A stretch of DNA of 64,000 bases from an uncultured Muribaculaceae bacterium (GTDB taxonomy: Bacteria > Bacillota_I > Bacilli_A > RF39 > UBA660): NCBI GenBank assembly GCA_964493665.1, contig CAZBOZ010000004.1, positions 388 through 64,387 of the forward strand, given 5' to 3'. The translations under genes were made by a program, and so were the position numbers. Below, in pieces: positions 1 to 9,620 of this stretch. The notes beneath the pieces were generated by a model. That model saw only the letters and a list, made by a program, of their open reading frames with translations. It made no database searches and was not told where the DNA came from. Position 1 is the stretch's first letter. Each line of letters starts with the position of its first letter.

Positions 1-793
1 CCGACCAGCCGGTAAATGTATAGCCACTTCTTATTGGATCTGCAATTGTTACAGTCCCTAGGACATCAACAAGCTGAGGATTGGTACCACTCCACACCCC
101 ACCATTGGCTATGATAGTTAAAACAAATGAATCTCCAATCCAATGTGCTAAAATTGTTGAATCTTCAGATCCTACTGTTAAAACATTATCTGTAACACTA
201 CTGCCTTCACCAACTACTACTGACCAGCCACTAAATATATAGCCAGTTCTTACAGGATCATCCAAAGTTATTTGCTGACCCTCATGAAAAGTCTCTGGTA
301 ATATTTGACTAAAAGTTCCTAAGTTAGCATTAACTGTGACTTTTAAAAATGAAGAAGGACAAATTGAAGAAGCCTCAAAATTAGCAGTATTTTCATAAAC
401 ATCAAGATCATCTGTACTACCATAATTTATTATATATTGATTGTTTGAAACCCAAATTTTATATTGATTATTTGGTCCCACAAATACAGAACCAGAATAT
501 CCATCTAAATCTTTTTCAACATAGCTACTTAAATCTGATATAGAATAACAAATGCCTTCATCAGGAACAACCGTTTCAGCAGATTTAGATCTCGCTCCAT
601 TAATAAAAGCTATAGCTTCTTGTTTAAATATTTTTTCTTTGTTATTGGCAAGCAATCTAGTAACTGTTATCGTGCCTAAAACAGATATAATCGCTAAAAC
701 AACAATTACTACTAAAAGCTCTACTAAAGTAAATCCTTTTTTTAATTTTAGCTTATTCGCCAAAATCGTTTTGATAATTGACCAAACTCGCAT
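1..793 (-). CDS. Type IV pilin-like (pseudopilin) protein with class III prepilin signal and Listeria-Bacteroides repeats; 3' end truncated by window edge
   Basis: Minus-strand ATG at 793..791 preceded by GGAG (803..800). Translation starts MRVWSIIKTILANKLKLKKGFTLVELLVVIVVLAIISVLG, i.e. the canonical G|FTLVE prepilin peptidase site followed by a hydrophobic helix. Downstream repeats LDDPVRTGYIFSGWS and IADPIRSGYTFTGWS match the YxFxGW Listeria-Bacteroides repeat. No stop codon before position 1. Confidence 0.6.
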   Translation of the reverse strand, partial: MRVWSIIKTILANKLKLKKGFTLVELLVVIVVLAIISVLGTITVTRLLANNKEKIFKQEAIAFINGARSKSAETVVPDEGICYSISDLSSYVEKDLDGYSGSVFVGPNNQYKIWVSNNQYIINYGSTDDLDVYENTANFEASSICPSSFLKVTVNANLGTFSQILPETFHEGQQITLDDPVRTGYIFSGWSVVVGEGSSVTDNVLTVGSEDSTILAHWIGDSFVLTIIANGGVWSGTNPQLVDVLGTVTIADPIRSGYTFTGWS

Positions 794-1427
794 TATTAAC
801 TCCTTTTATTTTAGCAAACTTATGAACTATATCACCGCTTAAATCTTCTTTTAAATCTATTTCATATGTGGCTTCTACCTGATCATCAAAAACCATTTTA
901 GTTCTAAGTTTACTTTTTAACAAAGCTTTTACTTTTTGTTCCACTTTGCTACCAGCTTTAATATCATATTTCAAAATCAACAAATATTTATTAGTTGGTT
1001 TAAATATATAAGAATAAGCAAGGAAGAAAAAGACTCCTAAAGTTCCAGAAGCAATAATTGAAGGAATATAAAGACCAGCTCCAACCATAATACCAGCAGC
1101 TATTGCCCAAAACATAAATACAGTATCAAGAGGCTCTTTTATAGCAGTTCTAAATCTTACTATAGATAAAGCTCCAACCATACCTAAAGATAATGCTAAA
1201 TTAGAATTAATAGTTTTAATAATTATAGCAGTTATCATTGACAAAAGAATTATAGATAAAGAAAACGATTTAGAATATATGACTCCACTATAAGTCTTTT
1301 TATAAATAAAAATTATAAAAACAGCTATTCCAAAAGCAATTAGCAAAGAAAGAAGCAAGGATGGAATAGTTAAGGTACTACTAAATTCTCCTAATACACT
1401 AGATTTTATAGCATCAATTATACTCAT
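753..1427 (-). CDS. DUF4956 family membrane protein (SIVRFR motif)
   Basis: 224-aa ORF with several TM helices and the SIVRFRTAIKEPLDTVFMFWAIAAG motif typical of DUF4956. Its start overlaps the VTC gene stop by 4 nt (ATGA). Confidence 0.55.
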   Translation of the reverse strand: MSIIDAIKSSVLGEFSSTLTIPSLLLSLLIAFGIAVFIIFIYKKTYSGVIYSKSFSLSIILLSMITAIIIKTINSNLALSLGMVGALSIVRFRTAIKEPLDTVFMFWAIAAGIMVGAGLYIPSIIASGTLGVFFFLAYSYIFKPTNKYLLILKYDIKAGSKVEQKVKALLKSKLRTKMVFDDQVEATYEIDLKEDLSGDIVHKFAKIKGVNNASLVNYQNDFGE

Positions 1428-2116
1428 TTTAATCCTCCCACAGTTTTACATCTTTGAAACTTAGAAACCGATTCTCTAACTTCACTTACTGTTCCAATTA
1501 CATCACTTATAATTTTAGGTAAAAATTCATCATATTTAACTTCTAAAACCACTTCGTTTTTTTCTAAAGCATTAATATTTGTGGCATTAAGCAAGAATAA
1601 ATTATCATTAAATCCTTGTGATACTATGTTTTCATCGAAAGTAATTCGAACATTAGATACTGGATATACATAAGCGGTTCTTTTATAGCCAACTATGACT
1701 GATGGCTTTAAATTTTTGAGTTTCGTATCAATTATAAAGCGTTCTAACAGGGTGTTTTTTTCATACTCTATTTCATTTATCTTACCATCTATTATTTTAC
1801 TATAAATATCCTTTGATATCAACTCTTTATCTTTACTAGTTAAGTTATTATGTTTTAGTTTGCGTTCTAAATAAATTTTATTATCAAAATTATTATATGT
1901 TCTTATTCGATACTTTGTCCTATATAATAATCCATCTAATTTTTCAAAATAAGAAGAGTTATTTATATCATCAAAGTACAAGCTTTTTATATAATAGCTG
2001 CCATCAGCATTATGCTTGAACTTATCTATTGCCATAACTAAAGATAATCTTTGCTTTAAGATTGTTGCTTGATTATTATTAATAATGTATTTTATTTCAT
2101 AACGATACTTACGCAT
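1424..2116 (-). CDS. VTC (CYTH-like, polyphosphate-polymerase-type) domain protein
   Basis: N-terminus MRKYRYEIKYII resembles the R-Y-E-x-K-Y start of VTC/CYTH domains. 230 aa. Lies directly between the CotH-like and DUF4956 genes. Confidence 0.55.
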   Translation of the reverse strand: MRKYRYEIKYIINNNQATILKQRLSLVMAIDKFKHNADGSYYIKSLYFDDINNSSYFEKLDGLLYRTKYRIRTYNNFDNKIYLERKLKHNNLTSKDKELISKDIYSKIIDGKINEIEYEKNTLLERFIIDTKLKNLKPSVIVGYKRTAYVYPVSNVRITFDENIVSQGFNDNLFLLNATNINALEKNEVVLEVKYDEFLPKIISDVIGTVSEVRESVSKFQRCKTVGGLK

Positions 2117-2118
2117 AA

Positions 2119-5001
2119 TTAATCTCCAAAATAATATTCTACTTCTTCATCGGTTAAATTAAAGAAAGATTTAGTTTGACTTATCATATATTTCTCTCTT
2201 TTTGAAATATATTCTTTTAGTCTTCCTAATTGGTATTCAAAATCACTTCGCGATAAATTCCATCTCTTAAAGTTTCTTTCTAATTCTGGTTCTAATTCAT
2301 TTAAAATTTCATCCATTTTGGCATTTATTCTTTCTTGATTCCAAACATTTTTCAACTGATAGCTTACTCTTTCCACAAAGCGTTTTTTAAATTTATCATT
2401 TTTCATCAAATTTCTAAGTAGTACTGTTGAATAATTATTAACAGTCATCCCTCCCGGATTAGTAGCAAATTCATAATAATTTTTTTCATAGTTATAAAAA
2501 GCCCAATCCAAGTCATAAAAAACAAATTTCCATTTACCATCATCTAAATTAGGATTACGAAAATAGCGATAATTTACAATATCATTATTGGTTGTATATG
2601 TTTCAGCTACCCAAAAATCAATAAATGAATCTATATCAATTAAAGATGCAACATGATCATAATATTCATCATTACTTAAATTATAACTATTTAAATATTT
2701 TATTAAAGAATTATAAGCAGTTTTAGTTCCACTTTTTAATTCTCCATCTACTCTTAATAAATCAGTGCCTAAAGGAGAAACATTGAAATTATTAGAGACA
2801 TAATTTTCATCAGTTTTTTCTCTTAAATAATAAAGTCCCCAATAATTCCCATTTATATATAAAATAACTGTTTTATAGGCTTGAACATAAGCATTAGTTA
2901 CTCCATCAACTAATGATGTTCCTAATAAATCTCTTATTATAGCCCTATCTTCATCTTGAGAAGCAGTTCTTAAAACTAAATCTTCATATGTAGAATAATC
3001 TCTATTTTCAAAAATTTTATAGTTTAAAGTCCCATCACCAAATTCTTTGCTAAATTTTAAAGCATAACTTTTTTTGGCTGGACCTCTTGTTGTTCCACCA
3101 AATAGTTTTAAAGCCGAACTAATTTTAAAGCCATTATTATCATCAAAGTATTCAGCATAAGCTGGCACTTCAATCCCCACTGTCCAAGCATTATTATTTA
3201 GATAGCTAAAATCACTAGGATTTAGAGAAATACTTATTACTGGGACAGTATGATTTTCATTTATAATATAAGAATTAGTAACCACATTACTAACTCTCTT
3301 ATCTTTATTTATGCTTATCGCCTTTAAAATCGTTGTTTTAGTTAACTTTATAGGGGCATTATATTTATTACTAGAACTAGTTGGCTTAGAACCATCCATA
3401 GTATAAAAAATGTCTCCTTCACCAGTTAATTCTACCATTATATTTTCTACATTATTATAAATACCACCTACTTTATTAAAGATAGGTGGTGTACTAATTG
3501 CTATTATACCATTTTGATTACTTGTCTTAGGTGTTGGACTACTATAATAATATTCACCATAATCAAAAGCTTTTCCATAAGAATAACCTGGGTCCAAATC
3601 AGGAATAAACAATGTATCAACTATTTTGCTATTGTAAAATAAATACAAAGCATCATTATCACCTATTTTAAAATTTAGATGCTTATATGAATCGTTAGAT
3701 AAATTTGAATCTCCAGAAGCCATAAAAATATAGTATTCACCAGATTTTAAAGTTATATTTGGTAACTTATCATTACAACTAGTATCTTCCTTGCCTAAGC
3801 AATAACTGCTCAAATTAATATCTTTACCACTATTATTATAAAGCTCAATCCAATCATAGTATTTACTGCCGTTTTGAGGAAGCAAAGCATAATTAGAAGT
3901 CATTACTTCACTTATTATTAAAGTACTATTAGTATTAAGGTATTTCTTTTGAAAAGAACTAATACCATTTTTAGTATTTTCATAGCCAGGGCTTATATTA
4001 GCACCTTCTACCAAAACATCATTTTCTTTTATTAAAGCTAACCCATTTGCCATATTTTCATAACTGGCTATTTCTATTATTTGGCCTTGATAAGATAATA
4101 TTGCATTACCGGTTTTATTTTTTAATTCAAAGTTGGCACTATACTCATTGTTTTCATGATAACTTTTACCAGAAGTATATATTAAAAACACTTCATCTTT
4201 TTTAAGATTAATATTAGGCAAATTATATTTAAAAGGCTTATCTTTATCATTTGATATTGCATAACTACTTAAATTAATAGTTTTATCACCAGTGTTTTTT
4301 AATTCTATATAACCAGAGTATTCATCATTTAAATTTTGAAATCTTCCTTTATTGTTTGGTAAAACTTCATTTATTACTAATTTATTATCTTCAGTAGAAT
4401 TAAGAGAAGCTATAAAAGCTGTATATCCTTCCAAAGTATTTAAAAATCCAGGAGTAGCTTGATTATAAATATGCCAAAAGCCTTCTAAATCTCTTCCCAT
4501 CACTTCATTACTAGTTAAATTTGTTAATTCAACTGCATCAACAACATCTTTCTGACTATTTCTCAAGATTAAATTCTCACTACCAGAAGATGACAATTTA
4601 AAATTAGCAATTAACCCTTCTGATGCTTTACCACTTAAAAATATTACTAAATATTCTTCACTTTTTATAATGGTATTATCCGGAAATACCCATTTAATTT
4701 TAGAAGTATTATCTGACAAACTATAATTAGTTAAATTAATATCTTTACTTTTGCCATTATATATTTCAATCCAATCATAGATTCCTCCATCAGGAGCCAT
4801 TATTGTACCACTATTGTTAGAGCTTATTTCATTTATAACTAATTTAGTAATATCACTTTTACCATTCGTTGTTAAGTCTTCTGCTTCAATATTATTGTTG
4901 CTTACAAATAAAGATATAACTAAAAAGGTTATTATAACCAAACCGGATATAATCAAAAATAAACGATTTTTTAAAAATATATCTTTATTAAAATGAGGCA
5001 T
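2119..5001 (-). CDS. CotH kinase-family protein with three lamin-tail domains (LTD), N-terminal membrane anchor
   Basis: Three LTD-like segments: DWIEIYNGKSKDINLTNYSLSD, YIELKNTGDKTINLSSYAISND and DWIELYNNSGKDINLSSYCLGKE. C-terminal CotH-like region: FIDFWVAETYTTNNDI, NYRYFRN, GKWKFVFYDLDWAF. The ORF track starts at 5037, but the ATG at 5001 has RBS GGGTGA and yields the signal anchor MPHFNKDIFLKNRLFLIISGLVIITFLV. Confidence 0.6.
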   Translation of the reverse strand: MPHFNKDIFLKNRLFLIISGLVIITFLVISLFVSNNNIEAEDLTTNGKSDITKLVINEISSNNSGTIMAPDGGIYDWIEIYNGKSKDINLTNYSLSDNTSKIKWVFPDNTIIKSEEYLVIFLSGKASEGLIANFKLSSSGSENLILRNSQKDVVDAVELTNLTSNEVMGRDLEGFWHIYNQATPGFLNTLEGYTAFIASLNSTEDNKLVINEVLPNNKGRFQNLNDEYSGYIELKNTGDKTINLSSYAISNDKDKPFKYNLPNINLKKDEVFLIYTSGKSYHENNEYSANFELKNKTGNAILSYQGQIIEIASYENMANGLALIKENDVLVEGANISPGYENTKNGISSFQKKYLNTNSTLIISEVMTSNYALLPQNGSKYYDWIELYNNSGKDINLSSYCLGKEDTSCNDKLPNITLKSGEYYIFMASGDSNLSNDSYKHLNFKIGDNDALYLFYNSKIVDTLFIPDLDPGYSYGKAFDYGEYYYSSPTPKTSNQNGIIAISTPPIFNKVGGIYNNVENIMVELTGEGDIFYTMDGSKPTSSSNKYNAPIKLTKTTILKAISINKDKRVSNVVTNSYIINENHTVPVISISLNPSDFSYLNNNAWTVGIEVPAYAEYFDDNNGFKISSALKLFGGTTRGPAKKSYALKFSKEFGDGTLNYKIFENRDYSTYEDLVLRTASQDEDRAIIRDLLGTSLVDGVTNAYVQAYKTVILYINGNYWGLYYLREKTDENYVSNNFNVSPLGTDLLRVDGELKSGTKTAYNSLIKYLNSYNLSNDEYYDHVASLIDIDSFIDFWVAETYTTNNDIVNYRYFRNPNLDDGKWKFVFYDLDWAFYNYEKNYYEFATNPGGMTVNNYSTVLLRNLMKNDKFKKRFVERVSYQLKNVWNQERINAKMDEILNELEPELERNFKRWNLSRSDFEYQLGRLKEYISKREKYMISQTKSFFNLTDEEVEYYFGD

Positions 5002-5080
5002 TTTATTCACCCTACTTTTACTATTAAATAATACCATAATAACTATTTAGTAACAAGAAAAAAAGCATTAAACAATGCTT

Positions 5081-6343
5081 TTATTTAATAACTTCTTTAC
5101 CACCCATATATGGTCTTAGAACAATTGGTATTTTTATACTGCCATCTTCATTCATGTTGTTTTCTAAGAAAGCTATTAGCATTCTAGGCGGTGCAACTAC
5201 CGTATTATTTAAAGTATGGGGATGATTCCCATCGATCATTTTTATATTAAGTCTTCTAGATTGAGCATCCCCCAAATTAGAACAACTACCAACTTCAAAA
5301 TATTTTTGTTGTCTTGGGCTCCATGCCTCTATATCAACACTTTTAACTTTTAAATCAGCTAAATCACCACTACAACATTCAAGAGTTCTAACTGGTATGT
5401 CTAAACTTCTAAATAATTCTACAGTATAATTCCACATTTTGTCATACCAAGTCATAGATTCTTCTGGTTTGCAAATAACAATCATTTCTTGCTTTTCAAA
5501 TTGATGAATACGATAAAGTCCTCTTTCTTCAATGCCATGAGCACCTTTTTCTTTTCTAAAACAAGGTGAGTAAGAAGTTAAAGTTAAAGGCAAATTATCA
5601 ACTACCCTATTAATAAATCTAGCAATCATAGTATGCTCACTAGTTCCAATTAAATATAAGTCTTCACCCTCTACTTTATACATCATAGCATCCATTTCCT
5701 CAAAGCTCATAACCCCTTCTACAGTATTTCCTCTCATCATAAAAGGTGGAATCACATAAGTAAATCCTTTATCTATCATAAAGTCTCTAGCATAGGATAA
5801 GATTGCACTATGAAGTCTAGCTATATCGCCAGTAAGATAATAAAATCCATTACCAGACACGTCTCTAGCTGCATCTAAGTCTAACCCATTTAATTTTTCC
5901 ATTATATCAGTATGATATGGCAATTCAAAATTAGGAACTAATGGTTCCCCAAAGCGTTCTAGTTCAACATTTTCGGTAGCATCTTTACCAATTGGAACAC
6001 TTTTATCAATTATATTAGGTATTTGTTTCCAGATGACACTTCTTTCAGTTCCTTTGGCCTCTTCTTCTTTTTCTAATTCTAGAATTTGTTCACCTATCTC
6101 ATTAGCTCTTCTTTTTATTTCATCAGCTTCATTGCTTTTCCCTTCACGAACCAATTTTCCTATTTTAGAGCTTAAATCATTTCTTTCTTTTCTTAAATTA
6201 TCAGCTTCAGCTTTTAATTTTCTAAAATTATTATCAGCCGCTAAAAAATCATCAACCAAATGAAGCTTGTTTTCTTTAAATTTCTTTTTAATATTTTCTT
6301 TTACTAAATCAGGATTTTCTCTAATTATTTTTATATCTATCAT
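5081..6343 (-). CDS. serS: Seryl-tRNA synthetase
   Basis: MIDIKIIRENPDLVKENIKKK N-terminal coiled-coil arm and class II aaRS core. The preferred start is the ATG at 6343, which has an AAGAAGGTG RBS. The track start at 6364 has no RBS. Confidence 0.85.
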   Translation of the reverse strand: MIDIKIIRENPDLVKENIKKKFKENKLHLVDDFLAADNNFRKLKAEADNLRKERNDLSSKIGKLVREGKSNEADEIKRRANEIGEQILELEKEEEAKGTERSVIWKQIPNIIDKSVPIGKDATENVELERFGEPLVPNFELPYHTDIMEKLNGLDLDAARDVSGNGFYYLTGDIARLHSAILSYARDFMIDKGFTYVIPPFMMRGNTVEGVMSFEEMDAMMYKVEGEDLYLIGTSEHTMIARFINRVVDNLPLTLTSYSPCFRKEKGAHGIEERGLYRIHQFEKQEMIVICKPEESMTWYDKMWNYTVELFRSLDIPVRTLECCSGDLADLKVKSVDIEAWSPRQQKYFEVGSCSNLGDAQSRRLNIKMIDGNHPHTLNNTVVAPPRMLIAFLENNMNEDGSIKIPIVLRPYMGGKEVIK

Positions 6344-6388
6344 AAGACACCTTCTTACCAACATTTTATCATAATTAATATTTTTAAT

Positions 6389-8083
6389 CTACATTACTCT
6401 TTTAAACATTTTTTCTAATTCATAAGTACTAAAAGAGATAATTGTAGGTCTACCATGAGGACAATTATATGGATTTTCACATTTAAATAAATCTTCGATT
6501 ATTTTTTCCATTTCCGAAATGCTTATTTCATAGTTAGCTTTAATACTTAATTTACAAGCTAAAGTTATTGCTACACTTTCATTAAATTTGATAACATCAA
6601 AATCATTTTTACTTAAAACTAACAAATCTAATATTTTTCTAATTGATTCTTCTTCATAGCCTTCTTTTAACCAAATAGGATGTTCTGTAAATTTTATAGT
6701 ATTAATTCCAAACTCTTCAAATACAAAACCCATGTTAGTAAGCACTTCTTTTTCTTCTTCAATAATTAAATATTCACTTTTAGGAAGTTCTACTGTAATA
6801 GGAATTAATAAAGCTATCTTGTTTGTTTTCTTTTCTTTTAAAGCTTGCATATATTTTTCATAATTAATTCGTTCTTCTGCAGCGTGTTGATCAATTAAAT
6901 ATATTCCTTCATTATTTTGGCAGACTATATAGGTCCCAAGAAGCAAAGCAACTGGGAATATTTTAGATATTTTATTTTCTTCTTTTATATTTGGTTTAAA
7001 ATCCTCATTAAAAGTAAAATCAATTTGTTCTTCAGCAATTTTTAAACTTAAATCTTTTTCATATAATGAAGTATCTTCATATTTAATAGGAACTATTAAT
7101 TCACTTTTAAATAAAGCATTTTTTATTGTTTCCATTATTAAGTTAGATAATTCATTCTTTTTGCTTAATTTAATATCTTGCTTAGTAGGATGGATATTTA
7201 CATCTATTAAAGTGGGATCAGTATTAATATTTAAAATAACTATCGGAAATTTATTTTCAGGCTTATGAGTATAATAAGCGTCATTGATAGCCCTATTAAT
7301 ATCATTGTTTTTTATAATTCGGCCATTAACAAAAACAATCAAATGGTTTCTATTTGACTTTAAGATGGTTGGCTTACCAATATAACCATCTAAATCATAG
7401 TCATTGTTACTGCCATTTATATTTATCATATTAGATGATACTTGAAAACCATATATTTCATAAATGGTTTTTAATAAATCACCACTACCACTTGTTTTAA
7501 AAACTGGTTTTTCATTATTTAATAAAGTGAATTTAATACTAGGATTAGATAAAGCTAATTTTTCTAAAAAAGAAACGACTATCGCTAATTCTTCTTTTGG
7601 CCCTTTTAGGTATTTTAACCTGGCTGGAGTGTTATAAAATAAATCTTTAATACTGATACTAGTTCCTTTTCTAGCTTCACATTTAGTTTTATTAATTAAT
7701 TTCCCACCTTTAATATTTACCTCATAGCCAATATCATTTTGACAAGTTTTTAAGTTAACAATTGATACTGAAGCAATAGATGGTAAAGCTTCGCCTCTAA
7801 ATCCTAAAGTATCAATAAAAAATAAATCATCTTCTTTTAAAAGCTTACTAGTAGCATGACGCGAAAAAGCCAAAGTAGCATCTTCTTCGTCCATTCCAAT
7901 CCCATTATCAGTTACTTTAATTTCTTTTAAACCGCCTTCAATTAAAGAAATGATTATATCGGTACTTTTGGCATCTATCGAGTTTTCTACTAACTCTTTA
8001 ACAACTGAAGCACAACTTTCTACTACCTCTCCAGCAGCTATTTTATTAGCTAAGCTTTCTTCCATTACTTTTATTTTACTCAT
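6389..8083 (-). CDS. mutL: DNA mismatch repair protein MutL
   Basis: N-terminal GHKL ATPase motifs: IAAGEVVESCASVVKELVENSIDA and DNGIGM. 564 aa. Confidence 0.85.
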   Translation of the reverse strand: MSKIKVMEESLANKIAAGEVVESCASVVKELVENSIDAKSTDIIISLIEGGLKEIKVTDNGIGMDEEDATLAFSRHATSKLLKEDDLFFIDTLGFRGEALPSIASVSIVNLKTCQNDIGYEVNIKGGKLINKTKCEARKGTSISIKDLFYNTPARLKYLKGPKEELAIVVSFLEKLALSNPSIKFTLLNNEKPVFKTSGSGDLLKTIYEIYGFQVSSNMININGSNNDYDLDGYIGKPTILKSNRNHLIVFVNGRIIKNNDINRAINDAYYTHKPENKFPIVILNINTDPTLIDVNIHPTKQDIKLSKKNELSNLIMETIKNALFKSELIVPIKYEDTSLYEKDLSLKIAEEQIDFTFNEDFKPNIKEENKISKIFPVALLLGTYIVCQNNEGIYLIDQHAAEERINYEKYMQALKEKKTNKIALLIPITVELPKSEYLIIEEEKEVLTNMGFVFEEFGINTIKFTEHPIWLKEGYEEESIRKILDLLVLSKNDFDVIKFNESVAITLACKLSIKANYEISISEMEKIIEDLFKCENPYNCPHGRPTIISFSTYELEKMFKRVM

Positions 8084-8600
8084 AATAATTACCTATTTCA
8101 AATAATCCTTTGGCTTTTAAATAACTTAAAATAATCTTTTCCAAAAATCTATTGAATCTGGTTTTCTTTAACTCTACTTCACTTATTTTATCAACTAAAA
8201 TGCTGGTCATTTTAACATTATTAGCTCCATAAACATCAGTTACTAATTGATCTCCTATCGCAGCTATTTCAGTTGATTTTAATTTATATTTATGCATTAA
8301 AATTAAATAATTTTTAATAAAAGGTTTCATAGAGAAGCCATTATAATCTACCCCTAATTTCTTGGCAAAAGTACTTACTCGATCTTTTTTACTATTAGAC
8401 ATAATAATGATTTTAAACCCCATAAGTTTTAAGCTATCAAAAAACTTTTTATCTTTATCATCTGGTAAAGGGATAAATATTGGCTCAATAGTATTGTCTA
8501 AATCAAATATTAAACATTTTATACCCATATTTTTTAATTTATTATAATTAATATAAAATATGTCTTTATAGTACATATTAGGCTTAAATCTTTTTAACAT
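8076..8600 (-). CDS. yqeG: HAD-IIIA phosphatase, YqeG family
   Basis: CLIFDLDNTI (DxD motif) and IGDQLVTDVYGANN C-terminal motif. RBS AAAGGAG 8 nt upstream of the ATG at 8600. Confidence 0.7.
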   Translation of the reverse strand: MLKRFKPNMYYKDIFYINYNKLKNMGIKCLIFDLDNTIEPIFIPLPDDKDKKFFDSLKLMGFKIIIMSNSKKDRVSTFAKKLGVDYNGFSMKPFIKNYLILMHKYKLKSTEIAAIGDQLVTDVYGANNVKMTSILVDKISEVELKKTRFNRFLEKIILSYLKAKGLFEIGNYYE

Positions 8601-8677
8601 AATTAAATCTCCTTTTTTTATCCACTTATATATTATAACATTTTATTAAAAATAAAAGGAGTTTTTTAAACTCCTTT

Positions 8678-9109
8678 TTAGTCATCAATAACTTCATCCA
8701 TACTATCGATAATTTCTAGCTGGTTTTCAATTTCTTGTTTAATACGTCTTTTATAATTAGTGATTTTTCTTTTCAAGAATAGTGTTTCATTATCAATATT
8801 TTCAGCTTTAAGTAAGGCCTCATTAATTATTCTAGAAGCATTCTTTTTGGCGTCACTAACTATTGTATTACCTTCATCATAAGCCATTTTCTTTATTCTA
8901 TTAGAAGCATCTTCAGCAACCAAAATAGCCCTATTTAAGGTGTTTTCCATATTTTCAAAACGTGACAATTTTTCTCTTAGTTCATTTAGCTCTTTATCAC
9001 GATCTTTTAAATTGTTTAACATAGATTCATATTCTCTTGTTATATCGTTAACAAAATCATTGACTTCTTTTTTGTCATATCCAGTTAAACTTGTATTAAA
9101 CTTTTTCAT
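8678..9109 (-). CDS. DivIVA-domain cell-division protein
   Basis: N-terminal F..SLTGYDKKEVNDFVNDI DivIVA motif followed by coiled coil. 143 aa. Confidence 0.65.
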   Translation of the reverse strand: MKKFNTSLTGYDKKEVNDFVNDITREYESMLNNLKDRDKELNELREKLSRFENMENTLNRAILVAEDASNRIKKMAYDEGNTIVSDAKKNASRIINEALLKAENIDNETLFLKRKITNYKRRIKQEIENQLEIIDSMDEVIDD

Positions 9110-9135
9110 ATTGTCACCTCGACAAAATTAACTTT

Positions 9136-9540
9136 CTACCAATCTATTTCGTCTTCTAATTTATCCTTATCTTTGTTTTTGCCCTCTTCATCAGTTATTT
9201 TACCTTGAACGCTAACATTTTTAGGAGTGCATAAATAAATTCCCCCGCCAATATTTTGTAAGTCGCCGCCAATAGCATACAAAGTGCCAGTTAAAAAATC
9301 AATTATTCTTTTAGCTTGATCAGATGTTACTCTTTTTAAATTAACAACCACACTATTACGATTTTTTAAGTGATCAGCAATTTGTTGACTTTCAGAATAA
9401 GCGCGTGGTTCTAAAAGAATCATTTTACTACCAGATTTATCAGCTTCTTCAAGAGCTTCTTCTTCGGTCATATTATAATATTCTTCTTCGTCTAGCTTCT
9501 TTTCTGGTTCATCATTGAATAGTTTTTTAAAAAAACCCAT
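9136..9540 (-). CDS. sepF: Cell division protein SepF
   Basis: [32 protein letters not shown]...[31 protein letters not shown] matches the SepF/DUF552 core. RBS GGAGGAATAAAT before the ATG. Confidence 0.8.
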   Translation of the reverse strand: MGFFKKLFNDEPEKKLDEEEYYNMTEEEALEEADKSGSKMILLEPRAYSESQQIADHLKNRNSVVVNLKRVTSDQAKRIIDFLTGTLYAIGGDLQNIGGGIYLCTPKNVSVQGKITDEEGKNKDKDKLEDEIDW

Positions 9541-9620
9541 ATTTATTCCTCCAATTATTACACTTCTTATATTACTATCTTATTTTAGCAAAATATTTAA
9601 TACAATTCAAATACTTTTTG

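Noticed and set aside
552-842. 96-aa plus-strand ORF
   Set aside because: Lies antisense to the pilin-like gene and the DUF4956 3' end. No RBS and low-complexity composition. It is a typical AT-rich antisense artefact.
4814-4996. 60-aa plus-strand ORF inside the CotH-like gene
   Set aside because: Antisense to a well-supported long gene. No RBS. The same reasoning applies to 6033..6263, 8362..8547, 8940..9131, 15875..16057, 16184..16375, 26904..27161, 27811..28155, 28666..28899, 29064..29270, 29812..30297, 30299..30517, 31423..31779, 36235..36567, 36495..36683, 37968..38240, 38956..39210, 39932..40126, 41036..41323, 42344..42733, 44352..44582, 46542..46946, 47317..47523, 47524..47706, 47829..48065, 53674..53865, 55069..55263, 55842..56096, 60204..60476, 60516..60716 and 62887..63084.
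6344-6364. Alternative serS start at 6364 (MLVRRCLM extension)
   Set aside because: No SD precedes it, while the ATG at 6343 has AAGAAGGTG upstream and matches the usual SerS N-terminus.
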